Both the position numbers and the translations under genes were made by a program. From a bacterium (GTDB lineage Bacteria; UBA8248): 64,000 nt of DNA. The notes under the pieces are model-generated. The model was given only the letters and a program-made list of their open reading frames with translations. It was not told where the DNA came from and did no database searches. How positions within the stretch are numbered: position 1 is the first letter of the stretch; the number at the start of each line of letters is the position of its first letter. The stretch lies in the NCBI GenBank assembly GCA_963692865.2, contig OY843592.1:2656001-2720000 (forward strand), in the 5' to 3' direction. Shown here in pieces: positions 26,809-36,599 of the stretch.

Positions 26809-26916
26809 CCCCGGCCGAGCCCCTGGGAGGTGAAAAACCAGCCCTTGGAACGGCCGCGTTTGACGCTCCTTCATCGGGCGCGTCAACTCTCGTCCTGCAC
26901 GCCGCCGTATCTGCCT

Positions 26917-27011
26917 CACCCTGAGTAGCCGCTGAAAGCGGCGTATCGAAGGGCGCTCCCGACGCGGTCCGTCCCTCGATACGGCGCGCGAACGCGCCTA
27001 CTCGGGATGAG
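26917..27011. repeat. Inverted REP-like doublet (CCTGAG...TCGAAGG family)
   Basis: CACCCTGAGTAGCCGCTGAAAGCGGCGTATCGAAGGG and inverse CCCTCGATACGGCG..CGCCTACTCGGGATGAG; closely resembles 9456-9564. Confidence 0.75.
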
Positions 27012-27133
27012 GGGGCATTTCGTCCCGGGTCAAACACGATTGATGAATGAGTGTTTGACGCGACCTTTTGGAGACGAGGAAAACATCACGCGCAAGGACG
27101 TCGGATGCGCTGCAGGTATTCCCCCCTGCCCCC

Positions 27134-28183
27134 CTACCCCCCGATCTCCGCACGCACGATGGCCGCGCCCTCGGCCATGGACTTGAGCTTGCCGAAGGCG
27201 ACGTCGCGGCTCATGTACTTCATACCGCAATCAGGCGCCAGGATGAGCCGCTCGGGCGATATGTGCTCGAGCGCCGCGCGGATGCGCGCGGCAACGGTTT
27301 CGGGCGTTTCGATCTCGGGGTCGTCGTTGTCGATGACGCCCAGGATGATGGTCTTGTCCGGCAGTTCCTCCAGCACGGCGAGATCGATTTTCGGCTGGGC
27401 CGCCTCGATGGATATCTGGTCGATGGCGCTCTCGTTCAGTTCGGGCAGGAAGGAATAGGCGTCGGGCTTTCCCAGCCCCTGCCAGGCGTGTATGGCCGCG
27501 TAGCCGAAGCACATGTGAAGCGCGGTCGTGCCCTCCACGCCCTTCAGCGCCTCGCCGATCACCTCCACGGCGAACTCCCTGGCGATTTCCGCGCGCGCCT
27601 GCATGTAGGGCTCGTCTATCTGCACCACGTCGGCGCCCGCGGCGAACATGTCCTTCACCTCCTCGTTCACCGCGCGGGCGTAGTCGAGCGCCATCGCCCG
27701 CTGATCGCCGCCGTAGTAGTCATCCTGCGCCTGCTGCGTCATGGTGAAGGGCCCCGGCAGCGTGATCTTGATCTCCCGGTCCGTGTTGGCGCGCAGAAAC
27801 GCCACGTCGCTCACCTCGATGGGCCGGGGGCGGTGGATCTTGCCAATCACGCGGGGGACGGGGTTGTCCCGGCCAGAACGATCCTTCGCATAGCCGTGGC
27901 TCTCGGTATCGATGCCGCCCAGGGCCGTGGAGACGCGGTTCGAATAGCTCTCGCGGCGCGCCTCGCCGTCCGAGATGATATCGATTCCCGCGCGCTCCAT
28001 GTCGCGGATCGCGAGGAGGGTGGCGTCGTCCTGCGCGGCCTCCAGAAACTCGGGCGGGATGCGCCACAACTCCTGCACGCGCACGCGCGGGGGGAGGCGC
28101 GTATTGAGATTCTCGCGGTCGATGAGCCAGTCGGGCTGGGTGTAGCTGCCCACGACGGTGGTGGGCAGTAGTTTTTGGGACAT
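27134..28183 (-). CDS. Cobalamin-independent methionine synthase family protein (single catalytic barrel, short MetE-like)
   Basis: LPTTVVGSY, SDGEARRESY, LPGPFT, QIDEP, Zn ligands HMC..E..PDCG; lacks the N-terminal folate-binding barrel. Confidence 0.88.
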   Translation of the reverse strand: MSQKLLPTTVVGSYTQPDWLIDRENLNTRLPPRVRVQELWRIPPEFLEAAQDDATLLAIRDMERAGIDIISDGEARRESYSNRVSTALGGIDTESHGYAKDRSGRDNPVPRVIGKIHRPRPIEVSDVAFLRANTDREIKITLPGPFTMTQQAQDDYYGGDQRAMALDYARAVNEEVKDMFAAGADVVQIDEPYMQARAEIAREFAVEVIGEALKGVEGTTALHMCFGYAAIHAWQGLGKPDAYSFLPELNESAIDQISIEAAQPKIDLAVLEELPDKTIILGVIDNDDPEIETPETVAARIRAALEHISPERLILAPDCGMKYMSRDVAFGKLKSMAEGAAIVRAEIGG

Positions 28184-28251
28184 CGGGGTTTCCTCCTCGC
28201 ATCGCTGAAGCCGAGTCCGGCTCCGTTTGTCGCATTACCCTCAGAAAAGTC

Positions 28252-29322
28252 TCAGGGCGTCAGCATCACGCGCATCACGCCGTCTTCGCGCGCCTTGAAC
28301 ATGCGCATCGCCTCGTTGAACTCATCGAGCGCGTACGAGTGCGTGAGCATCTTGTCAACGGCGATGTGCCCGTCGGCGATAATCTGGATCGCCCTCGGGT
28401 AGCAGTTGGGCGAACCACGCCCGCCGAAGATCGCGATTTCGTCGAGCACAATGCGGTCGGTGTTGAAAGACGTCTCCTGGCCGCCGTTGATGCCTTCCAG
28501 CACAACGCGACCGCCGCGCCGGGCCATGTCCACCGCCTGGCGCATCACCTCGGGCGGGCCTGCGCACTCGATGACGAGGTCCACACCGCGGCCGTCGGTC
28601 TCGCTCATCACGACCTCGACGGGGTCTTCCTTCGTGATGTCGATAGTGCGGTCCGCTCCCAGTTCCTCCGCGATTCCCAGCCGGTAGCCGCGACCGGTGA
28701 TGAAGGTCTTGGACGCGCCCATCATCTTGACGAGCTGGAGCACGGCGAGACCCAGCAGACCGGGACCCAGGATCGCCACGGTGTCGGCCGGCTCGATGCC
28801 TCCGCGCTCGAGTGCGTGAAGCGCGATGACCACCTGGTTCACGATCACCGCGTCTTCCCATCTCAAGGAGTCGGGCATCTTGTGGAGGTTGTTCGGCGGC
28901 GCCAGGCCGTATTCGCTGAAGGCGCCGTTCGCCGTGTGGCCCAGGAGCTTGTAGCCGCCGCCTGGCTTCGCGAAGTTCTCGCAGATGTGGTAGTCGCCCC
29001 GGATGCAGGTGGCGCAAGCGCCGCAACCCACAGTCGGCTCCATGATGACGCGATCTCCAATTTGGAGTGAGGTTCTCGCGCCGGTCCCGATGGCGGCCAC
29101 CTCGCCGGCCCACTCGTGCCCCTGGACGAAGGGATAAAACGGCGGCCACATGGGGCGCATGTGCCCCTCGTAGATATGGATGTCCGTGCCGCAGATGCCG
29201 CAGGCGGCGACCTTCACCAGCACCTGGTCGGGTTCGTAGTCGGGCACGGGGATCTGCTCGATGCGCACCTCGTGCGCGTCGTGTGTGACGGCGGCCTTCA
29301 TGGTTTCGGGAATATCGCTCAT
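28252..29322 (-). CDS. Zinc-dependent alcohol dehydrogenase (MDR; threonine/sorbitol dehydrogenase-like)
   Basis: CGICGTD, GHE, structural Zn CGACATC..C, GPGLLG. Confidence 0.92.
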   Translation of the reverse strand: MSDIPETMKAAVTHDAHEVRIEQIPVPDYEPDQVLVKVAACGICGTDIHIYEGHMRPMWPPFYPFVQGHEWAGEVAAIGTGARTSLQIGDRVIMEPTVGCGACATCIRGDYHICENFAKPGGGYKLLGHTANGAFSEYGLAPPNNLHKMPDSLRWEDAVIVNQVVIALHALERGGIEPADTVAILGPGLLGLAVLQLVKMMGASKTFITGRGYRLGIAEELGADRTIDITKEDPVEVVMSETDGRGVDLVIECAGPPEVMRQAVDMARRGGRVVLEGINGGQETSFNTDRIVLDEIAIFGGRGSPNCYPRAIQIIADGHIAVDKMLTHSYALDEFNEAMRMFKAREDGVMRVMLTP

Positions 29323-29363
29323 CTCACTCCCCTCCTTCGCTTAAGAGGATTTTGATAATGCCG

Positions 29364-30008
29364 TCAGCCCTTCGGGCTCAATTGCTGGGGTTTCCTGTCG
29401 GGCCGCTGCATGTCGAACACGTCGTGCGAGCGGCAGTACCCGTTGCCCGCCAGCCTGCCAACAGGCCTGAGCAGAACGGGGTCGATGTATTTCCCCTCCT
29501 CTATCATCACGTCCTCGCGCACGTGCCAGCGCACCACCTCGCCGATGATGACGTTCGTCAGGTGCTCGCGCCCGTTCGTGATGAGGTGGCGGAACTGGCA
29601 CTCCATGGCCACGGGGGCCTCGGCGATGCGCGGGGCCTTCACGAGATCGGAATCCAGCGGCGTGAGGCCCGCTTCCTCGAACTCGCTCACCTCGAAGGGA
29701 AAGTCGTCCGCGCAGATGTTCATCTGCTCCTCCAGGCCGTCCACCACCGTGTGGATGACGTAGCCCTGCGTCTCCATGATGTTGCGCGCCGTGTCCTTGT
29801 AGGAACTCTCGCGCACGCCCACCGATATCGATAGCAGGGGCGGGTCGTGGCCCACGCAGGTGAAGAAGCTGAAGGGCGCGAGGTTCGCGTAGCCGTCAGC
29901 ACTTATGCTGCTCACCCAGGCGATGGGCCTCGGCACGACGGAGCCGACGAGCAGGCGGTAGTTCTGGCGCCAGTGGTTGTCGGCGGGGTCGATGGTTTTG
30001 TATTCCAT
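29364..30008 (-). CDS. Flavin reductase family protein
   Basis: VVPRPIAWVSS, NLAPFSFF, KDTARNI, PVGRLAGNGY. Confidence 0.92.
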   Translation of the reverse strand: MEYKTIDPADNHWRQNYRLLVGSVVPRPIAWVSSISADGYANLAPFSFFTCVGHDPPLLSISVGVRESSYKDTARNIMETQGYVIHTVVDGLEEQMNICADDFPFEVSEFEEAGLTPLDSDLVKAPRIAEAPVAMECQFRHLITNGREHLTNVIIGEVVRWHVREDVMIEEGKYIDPVLLRPVGRLAGNGYCRSHDVFDMQRPDRKPQQLSPKG

Positions 30009-30048
30009 GCGTTTTCATACTCCTGTCGATGTGAGCCGCAAAGCGGCT

Positions 30049-30852
30049 TCAAGGGGAACAATCTACAGGACCCGTCGATTCCATCGCCGTGAAGCACGCC
30101 CCCTGCGGGTCCATGATTCCGCCGATCCGCCCCACGTCGGGTATGTCCATCGGCGGGAACGTGCCCTGCCCGCCCAGGCTGACTGCCTTCTCCAGCGCGG
30201 CGTCGAAGTTTTCCACCTGAAAATACACGCCCCAGTGCGGCGGCATGCCGCCCATCTCGGGCGTGAGTTCGAGCATGCCCGCGCGCGGCTCCTCGCCGCT
30301 CATGAAAACCGTGTAGTCCCCGCCCGCGGGGTTGGGCGCCACGGTGTCCGTCCAGCCGAACAAATCAGCGTAGAAAGAACCCACGCGTTCCAGATCTTTC
30401 GTGAGCAGTTCGTTCCAATTGAGCGCGCCCGGCTCGTTCATCACGTCGGCCCCCTTGTGCGCCCTGGGCTGCCAGAGGCACAGGAACGCCTCCCCCGGGT
30501 CGCGGATCATCGCCATGCGGCCCGCGTCGAACACGTCGCAGGGCTCCTGGGCGGCCTGGCCGCCGAGTTCCACCGCTCTTTTCACGGTCTCGTCCGCGCT
30601 TTCGACCGACACGTAGCTCTGCCAGAAAGAGGGGTGGCCGCTTTCGAGCATCCCCGGAAACATCTCGAACATGGCGCAGACCTGTTTTCCGCTCTTCGAG
30701 AATATGGTGTAGACCGCGTCGTCCATCACGGGCCGATCCTCGAACGTCCAGCCGAACAGGGACGTGTAGAAATCCCTGGCGACGACCACCTCTTTCGCCA
30801 CCAGGTCGGCCCAGCAGAAACTCCCCGGCGCGTATTCATTTCCCTCAGGCAT
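30049..30852 (-). CDS. VOC/glyoxalase family protein (two domains)
   Basis: PGSFCWADL..FYTSLFGW, GRMAMIRDPG, WNELLT..FYADLFGW, DPQGA. Confidence 0.9.
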   Translation of the reverse strand: MPEGNEYAPGSFCWADLVAKEVVVARDFYTSLFGWTFEDRPVMDDAVYTIFSKSGKQVCAMFEMFPGMLESGHPSFWQSYVSVESADETVKRAVELGGQAAQEPCDVFDAGRMAMIRDPGEAFLCLWQPRAHKGADVMNEPGALNWNELLTKDLERVGSFYADLFGWTDTVAPNPAGGDYTVFMSGEEPRAGMLELTPEMGGMPPHWGVYFQVENFDAALEKAVSLGGQGTFPPMDIPDVGRIGGIMDPQGACFTAMESTGPVDCSP

Positions 30853-30935
30853 GAATTTCATTCCTCTATTGATGACGGCAAATCATGATTGGGGTTCGGG
30901 GAAAAATCATAGCGCGAAGCGGCGGCGGCGAACAA

Positions 30936-31204
30936 GGGGTTGTTAAAAAACCCCTCCTCGCTTGAAATTGAGCACCACCGTCATTCCGGCGAAAGCCGGA
31001 ATCCAGGGACTTTGCTTTTGAATTCGTCTTTTCGCTTTATCGTTTTTCATGGTCATCCTGCGATTCGATATCCTGATCTGTTCTGGATTCCGGCTTTCGC
31101 CGGAATGACGGCAATCCGCGAATACGGGTTTGCAATGACGGTCCTCTTTCCCGGTTGGGTTTCATATGCCGAATCACGAAGGTCAGGATTCTTTCAACAG
31201 CCCC
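30936..31204. mobile_element. MITE-like element: IS-type terminal inverted repeats enclosing an inverted REP doublet
   Basis: GGGGTTGTTAAAAAA (30936) ... TTTCAACAGCCCC (31204), enclosing CGTCATTCCGGCGAAAGCCGGAATCCAG (30979-31006) and its exact inverse (31083-31110). Confidence 0.65.
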
Positions 31205-31212
31205 ACGAGCGC

Positions 31213-33348
31213 TCAAGCATCCGCATCGTATTCATAGCGCAGGCCGTCCGGCTCATCGGGGTCGGCGGGACGAGAAACAGGACCTTGGGCGTCTTCACCC
31301 TGCGGGGTCTCTATCGCCTCTTCCTCCAGCAGCCAGCGCTCATAGAGATCATTTGGCAATTCCTCCACGTATCTCGAAAGCCTGGAGAACGCCCCCATAT
31401 TCCACCTCTCGCTCTCGAGCATGGGCTGGCACATGTAGAGTTCATCCTTCGCCCGCGTGAGGGCGACGTAGAAAAGCCTTCTCTCCTCCTCCTCGCCCTC
31501 GGGGTCGGCAAGCGACCGCGTCGAGGGGAAGCGGGTGTCTGTGAGCCAGAGGAGGAACACCACCTTCCACTCCAGGCCCTTCGCCTGGTGAACCGAGGTC
31601 AGGACCATCGACTCATCCGGCTCGTCTTGATCGCCAGGCGCCGAGGGGCCGGCTGCGGCGGCCGTTCCCATGAGCGCGAGTTCCGAGAGAAACGCCGTCG
31701 CCCCGTCGTACTGCGCCGCGTATTCCGCGAGCTGGCGCACGTCTTCTATGCGCGCTTCGGCATCTTCGAAAGTGTTCTCGACGTAATCCTGATAGAACCG
31801 ATCCAGCACGAGGTTTATCATCTCCGTCGGCGGCAGGGCGGATTGCCCGGCTCCGTCGGCGGCGCGGGGCGCGCCCGTGAGCTCGACGACCAGTTTTCTG
31901 AACTTCTCGAAACCCTCGCGCGCGTTCCCGGGGATGAATCCCACGCCGGCGCTCGCGAGAAACGAGAAGGGCTCCTCATATATCCGCACCTGCTCCCACA
32001 CCCGGTGCGCCGTCACGTCCCCCACGCCGGGCAGGAGCTTGAGCGCGCGCTTCCAGGCCAGTTCGTCCGCAGGCGAACTCACGAGCCTCAGGAACGCCGT
32101 AACGTCCTTGATGTGGCGCTGCTCGAAAAAGCGCAGCCCGCTCCTGATCTCGAAGGGAATCCCCCGGCGGGTAAGCTCCATCTGAAGCTCCATCGAGTGG
32201 TAGTGCGCCCGGTAGAGCACCGCTATATGGGAGAGCGGCACGTCATCCTCGTCGCGCAGCGCCAGCGTGCGGTCGACCACGAAGTCCGCCTGCTGCATGG
32301 CGTCGCGCGCGGCCACGAGGGCGGGCTTCATCCCCTCGCCGCGCGTGGTTTTGAGGTTTTTCTCGAACTGGCGCTTGTTGTGGGCGATGGAGGCGTTGGC
32401 GAGCGACAGGATGTTGGCCGTGCTCCTGTAGTTCTCCTCCAGGCGAAAGAGCCTCGCGTCGGGATACCGTTCGGGAAAGGTGATGATGTTCTCGAAGTGC
32501 GCGCCCCGGAAGCTGTAGATGCTCTGCGCGTCATCCCCCACCACGGTGACGTTTTTCTGCTCTCCGGCCAGGAGGTCCACCAGGTCGGCCTGCACCTTGT
32601 TGGTATCCTGGTATTCATCCACGAGGATGTAGCGAAAACGCGTCTGGAGTTCCCGTCTGACCTCCTCGTGTTCTTTGAGCAAATCCCTCGTGAGCGAGAG
32701 CAGGCCCGAGAAATCCACCGCCTGGATCTCTTTCTTGCGCTCCTCGTATCGGGCGGCGATTTGCTCTATCTCGCCCAGGCGATCCGACAGGTATGGGTAA
32801 CGGCCCAACACCGTCTCCGCGGCGCTTTTGTCGGTATCGGCGGCGAGGGAGAAAACCGCCTCCAGAACGCGGCCTCTCGGTAAATACTTCTCCTTCGGGT
32901 CGAACCCCGCGAGGCGGATGCACTCGGTCACCAGGTCGGCCGCGTCCTCGCGATCCAGGATGGTGAAATTCGGTCCGTAGTCGATTAGGTTCCCGTAGCG
33001 CCTAAGTATCAAATTCCCGACGTGGTGGAACGTGCCGCCCCAGACGCGCCGCGCGTCCGTCTGGATGAGCGAGGCGGCCCGGTGGAGCATCTCTCGCGCG
33101 GCCTTGTTCGTGAAGGTTACAAGGAGGATGGATTCGGGCGCGACGCCGTCTTCCACCAGGCGAGCGAGTCGGTAGGTGATGGTGTGCGTCTTGCCGCTGC
33201 CCGCGCCCGCGATGACCAGAAGCGGGCCGCCGCCCGCCATCACGACTTCGAGTTGCCGGGGGTTGAGTTTCTCTTCATACGCCTTTCGCCGCGCTGGCGA
33301 AGGAGCGGGCCTCCTAATCGTGTACGTCTTGTGCTCTCGCGCGCTCAT
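31213..33348 (-). CDS. UvrD/PcrA-family ATP-dependent DNA helicase
   Basis: AGAGSGKT, VTFTNKAA, VDEYQDTN, VGDDAQSIYSFRGA, LEENYRST, SVHQAKGLEW, EERRLFYVALTRAK. Confidence 0.96.
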   Translation of the reverse strand: MSAREHKTYTIRRPAPSPARRKAYEEKLNPRQLEVVMAGGGPLLVIAGAGSGKTHTITYRLARLVEDGVAPESILLVTFTNKAAREMLHRAASLIQTDARRVWGGTFHHVGNLILRRYGNLIDYGPNFTILDREDAADLVTECIRLAGFDPKEKYLPRGRVLEAVFSLAADTDKSAAETVLGRYPYLSDRLGEIEQIAARYEERKKEIQAVDFSGLLSLTRDLLKEHEEVRRELQTRFRYILVDEYQDTNKVQADLVDLLAGEQKNVTVVGDDAQSIYSFRGAHFENIITFPERYPDARLFRLEENYRSTANILSLANASIAHNKRQFEKNLKTTRGEGMKPALVAARDAMQQADFVVDRTLALRDEDDVPLSHIAVLYRAHYHSMELQMELTRRGIPFEIRSGLRFFEQRHIKDVTAFLRLVSSPADELAWKRALKLLPGVGDVTAHRVWEQVRIYEEPFSFLASAGVGFIPGNAREGFEKFRKLVVELTGAPRAADGAGQSALPPTEMINLVLDRFYQDYVENTFEDAEARIEDVRQLAEYAAQYDGATAFLSELALMGTAAAAGPSAPGDQDEPDESMVLTSVHQAKGLEWKVVFLLWLTDTRFPSTRSLADPEGEEEERRLFYVALTRAKDELYMCQPMLESERWNMGAFSRLSRYVEELPNDLYERWLLEEEAIETPQGEDAQGPVSRPADPDEPDGLRYEYDADA

Positions 33349-33471
33349 TTCAATGCTCTCTGACCAAGTTCAAGCTTGCAGCCCTCGTCCAGCGATGCGC
33401 GATAAAACGCTGCCGCGGTTCATATCAGCACCTTAACGCTTCCCGGCGAAACGGCCCAACCGTCCATTCGG

Positions 33472-33501
33472 TTGACAGGCGAACGCCCCCGAAGATAAGG
33501 T
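33472..33501 (+). promoter_or_regulatory. Candidate sigma70 promoter
   Basis: TTGACA, 18 nt spacer, TAAGGT upstream of the small gene at 33539. Confidence 0.45.
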
Positions 33502-33538
33502 AAATCCATACACGGACATCTCGGGCTGGAGCGTTCCG

Positions 33539-33730
33539 ATGGACGGATACCAGACATTCCTGGACGGCGCGGCCCTGGGCTTTTTCCTGGGCTTCATCGC
33601 CTTTTATCTGCTGCACCGCTACATGGCGCCTGGGCGGAAAAAGCCGAAAACAGAAGTCGACCGCCTCGTCGACGACATTCAGGACTACTACCGGAACGTC
33701 TCCGACCCGGAAGGCAAGGACTACGACTGA
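33539..33730 (+). CDS. Small single-pass membrane protein
   Basis: GGAG RBS, N-terminal TM segment followed by a charged tail, host-like codons. Confidence 0.65.
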   Translation: MDGYQTFLDGAALGFFLGFIAFYLLHRYMAPGRKKPKTEVDRLVDDIQDYYRNVSDPEGKDYD

Positions 33731-33757
33731 GCCGCGCGCGCTCCCCGGGGCGCATTC

Positions 33758-34414
33758 TCAAATATAGGGCTGATACGGATTCCGCTCCGAGACGGGCGCG
33801 TCTTGTAAGTGCGCCAGGGAGTTCATCGTCACGACGCTCCAGCCCCGCTCGGGCGAATGTTCGATGATGTTCACCGCGGCGTTGTGCTGGCGTATCCGCC
33901 GGAAGCCGTCGAGGTCCACGCCCAGTATCCGGCACAGGATCATGATGATCGCCAGATTGTGGCTCACCGCGGCGATGACCTCGTTTTCGTGCGCCGCGAG
34001 GAACCGCTCCATCGCGGCCCAGGCCCGCTCCTGCAACTCCGCGAGCGTCTCGCCGCCCGGCATGCGTGCGCGAGCGGGATGGTTCCACCACACCTGCATG
34101 AAATCGGGATGCGTCTCTGGAAGGCGGCGAAAGGGTTCTCCCTCCAGTTCGCCCTGGTTCAACTCGGCGATTCCCGCCTCCTCGAGGAGCGGCGCATCCG
34201 CGGCTTGCGCGACGATCTCCGCCGTGCGCCTGGCGCGCTGGAGCGGACTCGCGTAAACGCAGACGATGGGGCGTCCGCGCAGCGCGCACGCGAGCGCCTC
34301 GGCCTGCGCGACGCCCACTTCGTTGAGCGCGGTGTCGGATATTCCCTGTATGCGCTGCTCGACGTTCCAGTCCGTCTCGCCGTGTCGCAAGAGATAAAGA
34401 AGCAAAGCGGTCAA
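33758..34414 (-). CDS. Histidine phosphatase (phosphoglycerate mutase-like) family protein
   Basis: LLRHGETDWN, SPLQRARRTA, PGGET, VSH. Confidence 0.92.
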   Translation of the reverse strand: MTALLLYLLRHGETDWNVEQRIQGISDTALNEVGVAQAEALACALRGRPIVCVYASPLQRARRTAEIVAQAADAPLLEEAGIAELNQGELEGEPFRRLPETHPDFMQVWWNHPARARMPGGETLAELQERAWAAMERFLAAHENEVIAAVSHNLAIIMILCRILGVDLDGFRRIRQHNAAVNIIEHSPERGWSVVTMNSLAHLQDAPVSERNPYQPYI

Positions 34415-34448
34415 ACTCCGGTGGGCGGACGCCCGGGCGAGCGTCTCC

Positions 34449-35012
34449 TTAGTTGTTGTCCTCTTTCATAAAATCGTCGGGCTTTAAGTTCTTGAGCCAC
34501 TCCTTGACGTCCTCGGGCTCCTCTTCGATCGGCTTTTCCTCCTCGGGGGGCGCGTCTTCCCCGCCGCCCGCCCCCATTCCGGAGACGCCCTCTTTCCCTT
34601 CCTCTTCGTTGAACTGGATGCTCTTCGCCTCCTCGAGCACCTTCTCCTCGACGAATATCGGGCTGCCCATGCGCAGGGCGACGGCGATGGCGTCGGAGGG
34701 CCTCGAATCGACGACGACTTCCGAGGCGTTTATGGAGAGGTGGATTTCGGCGAAGAAGGTGTTGTCCCGCAGATCGTTGATGAGGATCTTGTCCACCCGG
34801 CCATTGAGGTCGTTGATCATGTTCTTGATCAGGTCGTGGGTCATCGGACGCGGCGTCTCGAAGCTCTCGATCTCGCGCGCGATGGCGTGCGCCTCGAAAA
34901 TGCCCACCCAGATGGGCAGGGCCCGGTCTCCGTCGGTCTCGCGCAGCACCACAATCGGCACGTTGGTGTGCGGGTCGAGCGTGAGGCCCTTGATTTTCAT
35001 CTCGATCATCAT
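34449..35012 (-). CDS. Bifunctional nuclease family protein (DUF151)
   Basis: LPIWVGIFEAHAIA, PRPMTHDL, DSRPSDAIAVALR; start overlaps the miaB stop. Confidence 0.92.
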   Translation of the reverse strand: MMIEMKIKGLTLDPHTNVPIVVLRETDGDRALPIWVGIFEAHAIAREIESFETPRPMTHDLIKNMINDLNGRVDKILINDLRDNTFFAEIHLSINASEVVVDSRPSDAIAVALRMGSPIFVEEKVLEEAKSIQFNEEEGKEGVSGMGAGGGEDAPPEEEKPIEEEPEDVKEWLKNLKPDDFMKEDNN

Positions 35013-36403
35013 TCCCCTTCCTCCATCACCACGGCGCTCGGCGGCGAGACTCCGGCCAGAGAGTGAACCCCGCCCCGCATGATCTTCACCTCGACCACTT
35101 CTCCCGTCTCGGGTGTATAACCCTCCGCGTATAATTGTACCCTGTGATTGCCCCGGCTGCGACCCGCGAACCACTTCGATTCCGATTCATCCGCGAAATC
35201 CGGGCAGCCCGCGCAGCCTGCGGGCGCGCTCTTGGGCTTCACCGCCCCCTCGACCATCACTTCCTGAACGCCGCCGACGAGTTCCGCGTGCAGGCTCTCG
35301 GTCATCTCGCGCTGCACCCGGCTGGCCTCCTCGAAGCGCTCGGAGACCACCTCTTCGGGCAGGGTGTCCTCCATGTCGAACGCGGGCGTTCCGGGCCGGG
35401 GGGAGTACTTGAACATGTAGATGTTGTCGTAGCGCGCCTCGCGCAAGACGCGCAGCGTGCCCTCGAAGTCCTCGTCCCGCTCGCCGGGGAAGCCGATGAT
35501 GACGTCGGAAGTCAGCACCCCGCCCTTTACGCGCTCCCGGAACAGAGAAACCTTATCGAGGTATTCCTCCGCCGTGTAGCCCCGCTCCATGCGCGCGAGC
35601 ACGGCGTCCGCCCCCGACTGCACCGGCAGGTGAAGATGCTCGCACACTTTTGGCGATTCCCCCATCGCTTCGACCATGTCCTCATCACAGTCCTTGGGGT
35701 GCGACGTCATGAAGCGGATGCGCTCGAGCCCGTCCACCTCGTTCAAGCGCCTCAGCAGCCCGCCGAAGGTAAGTTCGCCCGGTGATTTGCGGCCGTAGGA
35801 GTTCACGTTCTGGCCGAGGAGCGTGACTTCGCGGAAACCCTCCTCCACCGCGCGCTCTACTTCTTCCACGATGAGTTCGCTCGGCTTGCTCCATTCGGGT
35901 CCGCGCGTGTAGGGCACGACGCAGAAGGTGCAGAAATTATCGCACCCGCGCGCGATGCTCACGAAGGCGTTCAGGCCGCCGCCGCGCGCCATCGGAGCGA
36001 GTTCGGTGAAATCGGGCGCTATCGGCTCGGTATCGACCACCCGGCGCTCTCCCATCTCCTCCAGCAGGGTCGGGAGCTTGGCGATGTTCTGGGTACCGAA
36101 GACGAGGTCGACCGTTTTGCCGCGCTTCGCAATGGCCTCCCCGTCGCGCGTGGCGAAACAGCCGCACACGCCGATCTTGAGGGCGGGGTTCTCCTTCTTC
36201 AGCTTGTCGAGGCGCCCGATTTGGCTATACACCTTCTGCTCCGCCTTGTCGCGGATCGAGCAGGTGTTCAGCAGGATGAGGTCGGCCGCCTCGTTCGATT
36301 CGGTCTCCTCATACCCTTCAGCCTCCAGATACCCGGTGATGGTCTCCGTGTCGTAACGGTTCATCTGGCAGCCGTATGTGAATATCTTGAACTTCTTGCT
36401 CAA
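35009..36403 (-). CDS. miaB: tRNA 2-methylthio-N6-isopentenyladenosine synthase MiaB
   Basis: TYGCQMN, NTCSIRDKAEQK, radical SAM CDNFCTFC, LLGQNVNSY, YSPRPGTPA, TRAM domain. Confidence 0.95.
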   Translation of the reverse strand: MSKKFKIFTYGCQMNRYDTETITGYLEAEGYEETESNEAADLILLNTCSIRDKAEQKVYSQIGRLDKLKKENPALKIGVCGCFATRDGEAIAKRGKTVDLVFGTQNIAKLPTLLEEMGERRVVDTEPIAPDFTELAPMARGGGLNAFVSIARGCDNFCTFCVVPYTRGPEWSKPSELIVEEVERAVEEGFREVTLLGQNVNSYGRKSPGELTFGGLLRRLNEVDGLERIRFMTSHPKDCDEDMVEAMGESPKVCEHLHLPVQSGADAVLARMERGYTAEEYLDKVSLFRERVKGGVLTSDVIIGFPGERDEDFEGTLRVLREARYDNIYMFKYSPRPGTPAFDMEDTLPEEVVSERFEEASRVQREMTESLHAELVGGVQEVMVEGAVKPKSAPAGCAGCPDFADESESKWFAGRSRGNHRVQLYAEGYTPETGEVVEVKIMRGGVHSLAGVSPPSAVVMEEGE

Positions 36404-36599
36404 GGCGCGCTCCTGGGTCTTTCCGGTATCCGGCGACCCTCTGTTGGGCGCACGTCCAATACGCCGCCCCTGAAATTCTTCGGGCCATATTGCGAGGGCG
36501 TGTTTTCGATGTCAACTTGGATGATGGAAAAGAGGCCCGCATTTTGCTAAAGCTGTCGAGAGTTTGCGCTTTTTTCATCCAAAAGAACGGGTATGCGTC

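Noticed and set aside
30940-32883. 647-aa plus-strand ORF
   Set aside because: Starts inside a repeat element and is otherwise antisense to the UvrD helicase.
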